A stretch of 64,000 nt of DNA from an uncultured Eubacteriales bacterium (lineage in GTDB: Bacteria > Bacillota > Clostridia > Oscillospirales > CAG-272), in the NCBI GenBank assembly GCA_949299535.1, contig CASGAQ010000007.1, positions 181 through 64,180 on the forward strand, in the 5' to 3' direction. The notes below the pieces were generated by a model, which was not told the DNA's origin, ran no database searches, and was given only the letters and a program-made list of their open reading frames with translations. The first letter of the stretch is position 1. Each line of letters begins with the position of its first letter. Shown here in pieces: positions 26,340-34,845 of this stretch. The translations under genes were made by a program, and so were the position numbers.

Positions 26340-27221
26340 TTAATCTCCTATCTTATCTCCGGAAATAAGCATAGTTCCCATACCTTCGTCGGTAAGAGTT
26401 TCTATGAGAAGTGAGTGCGGCACTCGTCCGTCGATAATAAACACTTTCTTCACACCGCGGCGAATTGCTTCCGTGCAACATTCAACCTTGGGTATCATAC
26501 CGCCGCATATTATGCCGTTTGAAATGAGTTCATGCGTGTCACTTACGCATATAGTGGAAATAAGCGAAGAAGGATCGTCCTTGTCGCGCAAGATGCCGCT
26601 GATATCCGTCATGGATATAAGGCTCTCCGCCGCAAGCGAGCCGGCTATCTTTGCCGCGGCGGTGTCCGCGTTTACATTGTAAGCGTTCCCCTCGCCGTCA
26701 CAGGCAACGGTTGACACTACCGGAATATAGCCTTTGTCGAGAACATCGAGTATTATTTGAGGGTTTACCTCTGTTATTTCTCCGACATAGCCCAGCGCCG
26801 GATCTTTCGGACGCGCCGATATCATGCGTCCGTCTATGCCGGAAAGGCCTATCGCCTTACCGCCTTGAACGGAGAGAAGATTTACAAGATTTTTGTTTAT
26901 CTTGCCGGCAAGAACCATCTGAACTATCTCGACGGATTCCTTGTCTGTTACGCGTAGTCCGTTTACAAATTGCGTCTCTTTTCCCACCTTGGAGAGCATT
27001 TCCGTTATCTCGGGACCGCCGCCGTGTACGAGCACGACCTTTATGCCTATGAGCGAAAGCAGCACGATATCGCGCATTACCGAATCTTTGAGTTCCTCGT
27101 TTATCATGGCGTTTCCGCCGTATTTTACAACAATTATCTTATCCTTGTATTTCTGTATATAGGGCAGCGCATGTACGATGACCTGCGCCCTTTGTGCGTT
27201 ATCTATTTTCATATTTTCCAT
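26340..27221 (-). CDS. argB: acetylglutamate kinase
   Basis: The 293-aa protein belongs to the amino-acid kinase family (VVKYGGNAM, LVHGGGPEI). Confidence 0.9.
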   Translation of the reverse strand: MENMKIDNAQRAQVIVHALPYIQKYKDKIIVVKYGGNAMINEELKDSVMRDIVLLSLIGIKVVLVHGGGPEITEMLSKVGKETQFVNGLRVTDKESVEIVQMVLAGKINKNLVNLLSVQGGKAIGLSGIDGRMISARPKDPALGYVGEITEVNPQIILDVLDKGYIPVVSTVACDGEGNAYNVNADTAAAKIAGSLAAESLISMTDISGILRDKDDPSSLISTICVSDTHELISNGIICGGMIPKVECCTEAIRRGVKKVFIIDGRVPHSLLIETLTDEGMGTMLISGDKIGD

Positions 27222-27276
27222 AGCCGTTCACCTGCAATATTTCAAATATTTTTGCGTTTGTCTTCGATTCTGTTTA

Positions 27277-28497
27277 TCAAGTTCTGTAATCGCCGTTTAT
27301 CTTGACGTAATCGTATGTCAAGTCACAACCCCACGCAACGGCTTCTCCGCTGCCGCTGCCAAGATTTATAAGAACATTTATCTCTCTTTCGGACAAGACT
27401 TCTTTCGCCGTTGCTTCGGAAAAATCTATTCCCGCGCCGTTTCGGCACACATCGACTCTGCCCGCCTTGCTTTCGAACGAAACGTCTATCTTGGAAACGT
27501 CCACGTCTGCGCCGCTGTATCCTATCGCGCAAAGAACGCGTCCCCAGTTTGCGTCAGCGCCGAACATCGCCGCCTTGAAAAGCGAAGACGTTATTACGGA
27601 TTTTGCGACAGTCTTTGCCGTCTCTTTTGTTTCGGCGCCGCTTACGGAACATTCGATAAGCTTCGTGGCACCTTCGCCGTCGCCCGCTATCTTGCGGCAA
27701 AGATAAACCGTTATTGTATTGAGGGCTTTCATAAATTCGGCAAAGTCCTCTCCCTCGCCTGTGATAGGCTCGTTGCCCGCCATGCCGTTTGCCATAACGG
27801 CAACCATGTCATTTGTAGAAGTATCTCCGTCCACGCTTACCATGTTAAACGTGTTCTGAATATCGGAGGAAAGCGCTTTGCGGAGCATTTCCGGAGCGAT
27901 AGCGGCGTCTGTCGTGATGAATACGAGCATCGTTGCCATGTTCGGGTGTATCATGCCGGAGCCTTTTGCAATACCGCCTATATGACATTCCTTGCCGCCG
28001 ACGGTGAATTTTACCGATATCTCCTTTACGACGGTGTCCGTCGTCATAATGCCCTCTGCGGCATTCAAGCTGTTCTCTTTTGAGCTTCCCAGCTCGGAAA
28101 CTAGCAGGGGAAGTCCGACAGCTATAGGAGTGACGTCGAGCTTCTGACCGATAACGCCGGTGGATGCCACGATAACATCATTCGGCTTAACTGCGATATT
28201 CTCCGACAAAAGCGAGCACATCTTCTCGGCAACCTCAATACCGTCTGCGTTGCAGGTGTTGGCGTTGCCGCTGTTGCAGAGGACCGCCTGTGCCACGCCG
28301 TCGCTGATATGTTTTTTCGTGACCGTAAGAGGCGCGCCTTTTACAAGATTAGTCGTATAAACAGCCGCCGCGGATGCGGGAACCTCGCTGTATATGAGCG
28401 CCAGATCGCGCTTTGTTTTGTTTTTGCGTATGCCGCAGTGTATGCCGGCGGCGCTGAAGCCTTTCGCGGCGCAAACGCCGCCCTCTATGATTTCCAT
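27277..28497 (-). CDS. argJ: bifunctional ornithine acetyltransferase / N-acetylglutamate synthase
   Basis: The 406-aa protein carries the autoprocessing motif ATMLVFITTDA. Confidence 0.9.
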   Translation of the reverse strand: MEIIEGGVCAAKGFSAAGIHCGIRKNKTKRDLALIYSEVPASAAAVYTTNLVKGAPLTVTKKHISDGVAQAVLCNSGNANTCNADGIEVAEKMCSLLSENIAVKPNDVIVASTGVIGQKLDVTPIAVGLPLLVSELGSSKENSLNAAEGIMTTDTVVKEISVKFTVGGKECHIGGIAKGSGMIHPNMATMLVFITTDAAIAPEMLRKALSSDIQNTFNMVSVDGDTSTNDMVAVMANGMAGNEPITGEGEDFAEFMKALNTITVYLCRKIAGDGEGATKLIECSVSGAETKETAKTVAKSVITSSLFKAAMFGADANWGRVLCAIGYSGADVDVSKIDVSFESKAGRVDVCRNGAGIDFSEATAKEVLSEREINVLINLGSGSGEAVAWGCDLTYDYVKINGDYRT

Positions 28498-28515
28498 ATT
28501 TATGTACCTCTTCTT

Positions 28516-29454
28516 TTAAACATGCATTGCTTTTGTCTTTTCGGAGCCGATAACAAGATTAAGGCATTCGATAGCCGCGCCGCAGGCGCCCTTGCCGAGA
28601 TTATCATATCTTGCCGTAAGCAATATTCTTTCTTCATTGCCGAAAACGGATATTTCCATCAGGTCCGTTCCGGACTTTTTGCCTGCCGAGATAAATCCCT
28701 CTTCATCGCCGCCGTCAGCATATTTTACGACGGAACCCGTATATTTTTCGGCATAGATTTTTTTAATTTCCCCGATACCGAAACCGTCCGAAAGTTCGCT
28801 TGCGAAAAGCGGAACGGTCACTTCCATGCCGCTGTAAAAATCGGAAACGACGGGGGAGAATATCGGCGCATTTTCAAGCCCCGTTATTTTCTGCATTTCC
28901 GGCAGGTGTTTGTGTTTCTGGGAAAGAGCGTACTGTCTGGGCGCGCCGAGAAGCGTATCTCTGTCCTCCGCCTCGTAATCCGCTATCATCTTTTTGCCGC
29001 CGCCGCTGTAGCCCGTAATCGAGAAACAAGAGAGTTTCGCCGCAGGAGAAAGCGCGCCGCATTCGATGAGAGGATATATCAGCGCGATGAAACCGCTGGC
29101 ATGACAGCCGGGAACGGCTATTCTCTTGGATGTCTTTATCTTTTCCTCAAAAGAGGGAGAAAGCTCAGGAAAACCGTATGCCCATGCCAGATCTGTTCTG
29201 TGCGCCGTAGATGTGTCGATTAAAACGGTTCGGTTGTTTTCGACCATCGCCGCAGATTCTTTAGCCGCCGCGTCGGGAAGACACAGAAAAGCCACGTCCG
29301 CTGAGTTTATGGCTTTGCGTCTTGCGTCCGCGTCTTTTCTCAGCTCTTCCGGCAGAGTGATAAGCTCTATATCATCTCTCTGAGATATTCTTCTGAAAAT
29401 GTCAAGTCCGGTCGTGCCGGCGCTTCCGTCTATAAAAACTTTGCTTTTTAACAT
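28516..29454 (-). CDS. argC: N-acetyl-gamma-glutamyl-phosphate reductase (short, about 310-aa form)
   Basis: The 312-aa protein has an N-terminal GSAGTTG Rossmann motif and the catalytic-Cys motif PGCHASG. It is the first gene of the arg operon. Confidence 0.85.
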   Translation of the reverse strand: MLKSKVFIDGSAGTTGLDIFRRISQRDDIELITLPEELRKDADARRKAINSADVAFLCLPDAAAKESAAMVENNRTVLIDTSTAHRTDLAWAYGFPELSPSFEEKIKTSKRIAVPGCHASGFIALIYPLIECGALSPAAKLSCFSITGYSGGGKKMIADYEAEDRDTLLGAPRQYALSQKHKHLPEMQKITGLENAPIFSPVVSDFYSGMEVTVPLFASELSDGFGIGEIKKIYAEKYTGSVVKYADGGDEEGFISAGKKSGTDLMEISVFGNEERILLTARYDNLGKGACGAAIECLNLVIGSEKTKAMHV

Positions 29455-29511
29455 ATCTACCTCTTTGTATATTTTGGAAAAGGATCTTATATTTTACCCG
29501 CTTATGCGGGC

Positions 29512-29528
29512 GAATATCCAAAATATTC
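29512..29528. promoter_or_regulatory. ARG-box-like inverted repeat downstream of the arg promoter -10
   Basis: The sequence is GAATAT-N5-ATATTC. On the operon strand it reads ATGAATATTTTGGATATTC. Confidence 0.3.
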
Positions 29529-29542
29529 ATAATAGCGCATAC

Positions 29543-29571
29543 ATTATAGCACGTAATGCATAAATATGCAA
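29543..29571 (-). promoter_or_regulatory. sigma-A type promoter of the argCJBDF-carA'B' operon
   Basis: On the minus strand TTGCAT (29571-29566) is followed by 17 nt and TATAAT (29548-29543). Confidence 0.55.
29557..29570. promoter_or_regulatory. ARG-box-like palindrome overlapping the -35 element
   Basis: TGCATAAATATGCA consists of perfect inverted hexamers TGCATA/TATGCA. It resembles the TGAAT-W4-ATTCA core of ArgR/AhrC operators. Confidence 0.45.
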
Positions 29572-29783
29572 TAGATATTTATAAATTTTTTTAAATTTTT
29601 TATTATCCAAAGCTTCCGCGACCGATCTTCCGTATTTCGGCGGTGCAAATACGGTCAAAAAACATTTCTTTGCCATCTGCGCTCACGCACGTCGGCAAGA
29701 TAAGGCTTCGGTGCGAATTTATTCAGCGCTTATGCATAAAAATTCTGTTTTTCGGCAAAAATCAACATTCCGGGCTCGCCGAA

Positions 29784-29811
29784 AAAGAAAAAACTCCCTT
29801 GGCAGGGAGTC
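29784..29811 (-). terminator. terminator after the lipoprotein gene
   Basis: The minus strand reads ACTCCCTGCCAAGGGAGT followed by TTTTTTCTTTTT. Confidence 0.75.
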
Positions 29812-29815
29812 TGTC

Positions 29816-30376
29816 TCATGAGTAAATAACGACGTTCGTTTCGCCGCTTCCTTGACGTATCTTCATGCCGTCGTCGCTGTCCGCAACGGCTCGGTATTCC
29901 ACCGCACCGACGTCTTTTCCGTCGATTTCCGCCGTGGTCTTCTTGGGCAAAAGAGTTATAGTGCCGCAGTGTATCGTCTGGTTTTTGTTACATATCTGCA
30001 CAACTATCACAGGCTCTTCTTCAGCCTTTTCGTCGGGTATCCACAAAAAACTTTCGTTGACCTCAAGTCTTAGCTCGCGCTGTACAGACGCATCGCTCTC
30101 TTCAGTCTGCGCTTCCGTAACGATTTCCGTCGCGTCCTCTGTCTGAGTTTCGGTCCCGTCGGCGACAAGCGTGCCGCTGTTGACCGTTACGATAACATGA
30201 GTATAATTGCTTTCGATATCAAAAGAAAAAGTCATTGCGGCGTCTTTACAATCATTGATATGCGCCCATATAACGCTTGCGGCGTCATCCGTCGTCACCT
30301 GAGTAACGCTGCTTCCGCAGGCGCAGAAACACAACGTCAGCACCGACGCCGTTATAAGCGAAATAAGTTTCTTCAT
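29816..30376 (-). CDS. hypothetical lipoprotein
   Basis: The N terminus MKKLISLITASVLTLCFCACGSS is a signal peptide with a lipobox-like cysteine. The ATG at 30376 follows GGAGGAG. Confidence 0.5.
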   Translation of the reverse strand: MKKLISLITASVLTLCFCACGSSVTQVTTDDAASVIWAHINDCKDAAMTFSFDIESNYTHVIVTVNSGTLVADGTETQTEDATEIVTEAQTEESDASVQRELRLEVNESFLWIPDEKAEEEPVIVVQICNKNQTIHCGTITLLPKKTTAEIDGKDVGAVEYRAVADSDDGMKIRQGSGETNVVIYS

Positions 30377-30571
30377 AAATCTCCTCCGTAAAAACAAACA
30401 CCAGTACTTTTATAAGAAACATAATATAATCATTTTACTACATATTATTATTTTCTTCAATAGTAATTTTTTTATAAATAGTAAATTTTTCTGCCTTAAC
30501 AATAGAAAAATTTATCAGGATATGATACAATATATTTTGCCATACACATATTTTTCAAGGAGTTTTTAATT

Positions 30572-31075
30572 ATGTACGAGAAAAATGCGGTACATCCGTT
30601 TCCGCCCGTCTTTGACGGCGACTGCGAGATACTCATTCTCGGAAGTTTCCCGTCGGTAAAGTCAAGAGAGGAAGGCTTTTTCTACGGTCATCCTCAAAAC
30701 CGCTTCTGGCGGGTGACTGCGGCGGTCTTATGCGAGGACGTTCCTTCGTCACCGGAGGAGAAAAAAGCTTTTCTTCTGCGTAATCACATATCACTTTGGG
30801 ACGTCGTAGCGGTATGCAGGATAGAAGGCTCTGCCGACAGCACGATAAAAAACGCTGTCCCGAACGATATCGTGCCGCTTATCAAAAACTCAAAAATAAG
30901 CAAGATATTCACGAACGGTCAAAAAGCTCATGCGCTCTACAAAAAGTACATTCAGCCGAAAACGGGGATCGACGCCGTTGCGCTTCCCTCCACCAGTCCC
31001 GCCAACGCCTCATGGAGCACGGAAAAACTCATATCAGCTTGGAAAGCAATAAATACAAAGGAGATATCAATATGA
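30572..31075 (+). CDS. DNA-deoxyinosine (hypoxanthine) glycosylase, UDG superfamily
   Basis: The 167-aa protein contains LILGSFPSVKSREEGFFYGHPQNRFW, which is characteristic of family-6-type UDG enzymes. Confidence 0.7.
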   Translation: MYEKNAVHPFPPVFDGDCEILILGSFPSVKSREEGFFYGHPQNRFWRVTAAVLCEDVPSSPEEKKAFLLRNHISLWDVVAVCRIEGSADSTIKNAVPNDIVPLIKNSKISKIFTNGQKAHALYKKYIQPKTGIDAVALPSTSPANASWSTEKLISAWKAINTKEISI

Positions 31076-31521
31076 CACACAGAGAAAAAGCTCTTGAATA
31101 TTTTCATCAAGGTTACAACTGCGCGCAGTCTGTCTTCGCCGCGTTCTGCGACGTGACCGGCTACAAAGAAGACGACGCTCTGCGTCTTGCCTCGTCTTTC
31201 GGCGCGGGCATGGGCAGAATGAGAGAAGTATGCGGTTCATGCTCCGCCATGTTTATGGTCGCAGGCATCGTCCGCGGTTACACGGACACCTCATCAAGCG
31301 AGCCTAAAAAAGCTCATTATGAACTCATACAATCTCTCGCCGCCAAATTCCGCGAAAAGCACGGAACTATCATCTGCCGCGAACTTTTACAAAGTCTGAA
31401 GCCCGACACGTCCCCGACGCCGTCGGAGCGAACGAAAGAATACTATAAGATACGTCCGTGCGCTGTCTTTGTGGCAGACGCGGCAGATATACTTGACGAA
31501 ATGCTGAGCGAAGGAAAATAA
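31072..31521 (+). CDS. C_GCAxxG_C_C family protein (putative redox-active)
   Basis: The N terminus MTHREKALEYFHQGYNCAQSVF carries the family's CAQ signature, and GSCSAM and a C-terminal Cys follow. The start overlaps the upstream stop (ATGA). Confidence 0.7.
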   Translation: MTHREKALEYFHQGYNCAQSVFAAFCDVTGYKEDDALRLASSFGAGMGRMREVCGSCSAMFMVAGIVRGYTDTSSSEPKKAHYELIQSLAAKFREKHGTIICRELLQSLKPDTSPTPSERTKEYYKIRPCAVFVADAADILDEMLSEGK

Positions 31522-31551
31522 AAGCCCGCTCGGCTTTTGCCGACGCTCTTC

Positions 31552-32472
31552 TCAGGAGAACATTCCCGAAGAAAGATATCGCTCTCCCGTATCCGGGAAG
31601 AAAACTACTATATTTTTGCCTGCGTTCTCACTGCGCTTTGCAAGCTCTGCGGCGGCGTGGAGCGCGGCTCCGGAAGAAATTCCCGCAAGTATACCGTCGG
31701 ACGCGGCAACGGCTCTGCCTGCGGCGTAAGCCTGTTCGCCCGTTACGGTGATTATCTCGTCATATATCTCTTTATTGAGCGCGCCGGGAACGAAGTTTGC
31801 GCCGATACCTTGTATCTTATGAGCGCCGGCTCTGCCCTCTGAGAGAAGCGGAGATTCCGCCGGCTCCACAGCAACTATCTTTATTTTCGGATTCTTGCTT
31901 TTAAGGTATTCGCCCGTTCCGGTTATCGTGCCGCCGGTTCCTACGCCTGCGACGAAGATATCTACCTTGCCGTCGGTGTCGTTCCATATTTCAGGACCGG
32001 TCGTCTTTCTGTGGGCGGCGGGATTTGCGGGATTCTCGAACTGCGACGGAACGAATGCGCCCGGTATTGTGCGCGCAAGTTCCGCGGCTTTTTCAACGGA
32101 GCCCTGCATACCCTTTGCGCCGTCGGTGAGAACAAGCTCCGCACCAAAGGCTTTCATCAACATTCGGCGCTCTGCGGACATAGTTTCCGGCATTGCGATA
32201 ATAACCTTATACCCTTTTGCCGCCGCTATCGCCGCAAGACCTATTCCCATATTGCCCGAAGTCGGCTCGATTATCGTAGCTCCCGGACGGAGCTTGCCGC
32301 TTTTTTCGGCTTCTTCTATCATCTCTCGTGCCGCTCTGTCCTTGGCTGAGCCTGTGGGATTGAAAAATTCCAGCTTTGCAAGTATTTTTGCGGACATTCC
32401 CTTGCCGTATCCGCTCAGCTCCACCAGCGGCGTGCCGCCTATCGTTTCTTCTATCGAACTATATATTTTCAT
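31552..32472 (-). CDS. cysK: cysteine synthase A (O-acetylserine sulfhydrylase)
   Basis: The sequences NPTGSAKDR (PLP lysine) and GTGGTITG are present. The track ORF has a spurious 93-aa extension, so the start was set at the ATG at 32472 after GAGG. Confidence 0.9.
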   Translation of the reverse strand: MKIYSSIEETIGGTPLVELSGYGKGMSAKILAKLEFFNPTGSAKDRAAREMIEEAEKSGKLRPGATIIEPTSGNMGIGLAAIAAAKGYKVIIAMPETMSAERRMLMKAFGAELVLTDGAKGMQGSVEKAAELARTIPGAFVPSQFENPANPAAHRKTTGPEIWNDTDGKVDIFVAGVGTGGTITGTGEYLKSKNPKIKIVAVEPAESPLLSEGRAGAHKIQGIGANFVPGALNKEIYDEIITVTGEQAYAAGRAVAASDGILAGISSGAALHAAAELAKRSENAGKNIVVFFPDTGERYLSSGMFS

Positions 32473-32484
32473 AATGATACCTCT

Positions 32485-32508
32485 GATCTTTTGATCTTTT
32501 GATCTTTC
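32485..32508. repeat. three tandem GATCTTT(T/C) octamers
   Basis: GATCTTTT GATCTTTT GATCTTTC lies in the 34-nt spacer between the zinc-ribbon gene stop and the cysK RBS. Confidence 0.8.
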
Positions 32509-32896
32509 AATTTTTGAGTCTGTTTCCGCAGGAAGCACAAAATGCGTCTTCCGGCTCCGTTTTAGCTCCGCAGTAAGGGCAAAAACGTTTTTCTTTGTAT
32601 TCGCCCCCCGATTCTTCACCGCGTTTTTCGGAGTCGGTGTGATATTTTTCAAACGGGTCCGGCTCCTCGTTCGCATCGGTGATGTCATATGAGGAGTATC
32701 GGTTCTTTCCCGTCGCGTTCTTGAAATTATAGACAGTCTGTACGATCGCAATACCGGTCCAGATAACGCCGAAAAGCGCGAAAAAAATATTTGACTGCGC
32801 TGCCAATACCGTCCAGAGAACGCCGAAGCATATCATAAATATCCCTGCGACGCCGCCCATCATTGACGGTCCTCTGCCTGGTTTAATACTTTTCAT
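32507..32896 (-). CDS. membrane protein with C-terminal zinc-ribbon
   Basis: The protein has two TM helices and then FCPYCGAKTEPEDAFCASCGNRL. The ATG at 32896 lies 8 nt after AAGGAG. Confidence 0.5.
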   Translation of the reverse strand: MKSIKPGRGPSMMGGVAGIFMICFGVLWTVLAAQSNIFFALFGVIWTGIAIVQTVYNFKNATGKNRYSSYDITDANEEPDPFEKYHTDSEKRGEESGGEYKEKRFCPYCGAKTEPEDAFCASCGNRLKN

Positions 32897-32915
32897 GTGC
32901 AACACTCCTTTGACT

Positions 32916-32995
32916 TTTTATCTTTATTATTTTTTATCTTTATTATATAGTTTTTATCTTTTTTTATATAGTTATTTTATATTAGTTATTTTATA
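32916..32995. repeat. AT-rich tandem direct repeats in a divergent promoter region
   Basis: TTTTATCTTTATTAT occurs twice (32916-32930, 32932-32946) plus a partial third copy. TAGTTATTTTATA occurs twice (32969-32981, 32983-32995). Confidence 0.75.
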
Positions 32996-33157
32996 TCACA
33001 AAAAAGCAAATATGTCAACATTGCCCCTTAAAAGCACCCTATCTAAAACAAATTCGGCGGATTTTTACCTTTATACATAATATTCTTGTTGATTTTTGCT
33101 CGTTTTTTGTGTATCATAAATATTGTAAGAATTATATATCGAGAGGACGAAAAAAAG

Positions 33158-34075
33158 ATGAATATACGCGAAATACAGGATCGGATCATAAAATTAAAAA
33201 AAGAAAATGACATATGTATCTTGGCTCACAGTTATGTAGGCAAGGACATTCGTGAGGTAGCGGACTACACCGGCGACTCTTACAAACTCAGCGTGCTGGC
33301 AAAAGAAGTGACGCAGAAGACCGTTCTAATGTGCGGCGTAAGATTCATGGCGGAAACGGTCAAGATACTTTCTCCCGAAAAACGTGTGCTTCTTTCCAAC
33401 GGCTCTGCCGGCTGTCCCATGGCTGAACAGATGAGCAAAGACTTTATCGAAAGCGTCAAAAAAGAATATCCCGACTATACAGTTGTCGCTTACGTCAACA
33501 CGACGGCTCTCCTCAAAACGGTATGCGACGTCTGCGTAACATCTTCCAGCGCCGTAAAAATTGTTAAAAACATCGAAAACAAAAACATCATTTTCATTCC
33601 GGACTGCAACCTCGGCGCATACGTTGCGGAGAAATGTCCCGAAAAAAACATCAAGCTTTTAAACGGCGGCTGCCCCATTCACGCAAATATTCCATATGCC
33701 GACGTACAAGCCATGAAAAAAGCTCACCCCGAAGCAAAGCTTCTCGTTCACCCCGAATGTCTGCCCGCAGTGAGCGCCGCTGCAGACTATGTAGGCTCTA
33801 CCGCAGGCATACTCGATTATGCGAGAAAGAGCGACGCCAAAGAGTTTATCATCGGAACCGAAATAAGCATTGCCGAACAGCTCGCTTATGAGTTCCCGGA
33901 CAAGCACTTCTATCCTCTTTCTTCAAAGCTCATCTGCCCCGATATGAAGGCGACGACTCTTATCGACGTTTATAATGCGGTGCGCGGCTTGGGCGGTGAG
34001 GAGATAATACTCGACGACGAAGTTATAAGAAAAGCCCGCGTCTGCATAGACGAAATGATTCGTCTCGGCGGCTGA
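33158..34075 (+). CDS. nadA: quinolinate synthase
   Basis: The 305-aa protein carries NadA signatures ILAHSY, VRFMAET and VHPEC. The start was moved to the ATG at 33158 after GAGAGGA. Confidence 0.9.
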   Translation: MNIREIQDRIIKLKKENDICILAHSYVGKDIREVADYTGDSYKLSVLAKEVTQKTVLMCGVRFMAETVKILSPEKRVLLSNGSAGCPMAEQMSKDFIESVKKEYPDYTVVAYVNTTALLKTVCDVCVTSSSAVKIVKNIENKNIIFIPDCNLGAYVAEKCPEKNIKLLNGGCPIHANIPYADVQAMKKAHPEAKLLVHPECLPAVSAAADYVGSTAGILDYARKSDAKEFIIGTEISIAEQLAYEFPDKHFYPLSSKLICPDMKATTLIDVYNAVRGLGGEEIILDDEVIRKARVCIDEMIRLGG

Positions 34076-34111
34076 TAAGGCCTATAGTTAAAAATTAAAT
34101 AAAATACAAAC

Positions 34112-34145
34112 AAAAAACTCATGGTAATAATGCCATGAGTTTTTT
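34112..34145. terminator. bidirectional terminator between nadA and mgsA
   Basis: The hairpin ACTCATGG...CCATGAGT is flanked by AAAAA and TTTTT. Confidence 0.8.
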
Positions 34146-34168
34146 AATTATATGTTTTTTAGTCCGCG

Positions 34169-34642
34169 TCACATTTCTTTTACGCGCATATCCACATTGT
34201 GTCGGAAATTTATGAGTTTGCGGGAATATTCAGCGTCCATATAAGAACTGGTGATAATAAAATCCGCCGTTGAACGATTGTTTGCTATCGGGATATCGTA
34301 AACCTGCGCTATTCTGAGCAGAGCTTTAACGTCCGGATCATGCGGCTGGGCTTCGAGAGGATCTGAAAAAAAGATAACAAGGTCTATCTTCCCGTCCACT
34401 ATTCTGGCACCTATCTGCTGGTCGCCGCCGAGAGGACCGCTATTGAATCCGCGCACCGGAAGTCCCGTTTTATCGGAAACGATTTTTGCCGTCGTTCCCG
34501 TTCCGCACAGAAAATGATGTTCCAAAATCTTTTTGTTTTTAAGACACCACTCAACGATATCTTTTTTCTTGTTATCGTGGGCGATAAGGGCTATGCTCTT
34601 TTGAGTCGGAAGCACACATTCAACATATTCGTTTTCAAACAT
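34169..34642 (-). CDS. mgsA: methylglyoxal synthase
   Basis: The sequences IALIAHDNKKKD, GTGTTA and HDPD are present. The ATG at 34642 lies 8 nt after GGAGG. Confidence 0.85.
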   Translation of the reverse strand: MFENEYVECVLPTQKSIALIAHDNKKKDIVEWCLKNKKILEHHFLCGTGTTAKIVSDKTGLPVRGFNSGPLGGDQQIGARIVDGKIDLVIFFSDPLEAQPHDPDVKALLRIAQVYDIPIANNRSTADFIITSSYMDAEYSRKLINFRHNVDMRVKEM

Positions 34643-34803
34643 AAAAAAATCCTCCGTTATTTTCAGGAAACCCAATTTTTTTCATTTTATCACAACAAAA
34701 TTGCGTTTTCAATATCATCAATATAAATTATATGTAAATCCATTGAAAAAAAGACATGTCCCCATCAAATTTTTTACGCATTACAAGATTTTTTCGGGCA
34801 TTA

Positions 34804-34831
34804 TCAAAAAGGCGCGCCCGCAGCACGCCTT
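34804..34831 (-). terminator. terminator after the GH94-like gene
   Basis: The minus strand has the hairpin AAGGCG...CGCCTT followed by TTTTTGA. Confidence 0.5.
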
Positions 34832-34845
34832 TTCTTGTTTTGTTT

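Noticed and set aside
31552-32751. The ORF track gives long N-terminal extensions for several genes: cysK (399 aa), spoIVB (442 aa), pyrE (275 aa), pyrC (453 aa), nadA (329 aa), the C_GCAxxG protein (241 aa) and the DUF4340-like protein (755 aa).
   Set aside because: In each case an internal ATG preceded by a GGAGG-type RBS coincides with the usual family N terminus. The extension overlaps the upstream gene or intergenic signals and has an arginine- and serine-rich junk composition.
32916-32995. I considered a CRISPR-like or minisatellite array in the AT-rich repeats. I also looked for any CRISPR array elsewhere in the window.
   Set aside because: The repeats are 14-16 nt, directly abutting with no spacers, and there are only 2-3 copies. 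No array of 24-40-nt repeats with unique spacers and no cas genes were seen anywhere in the 64 kb.
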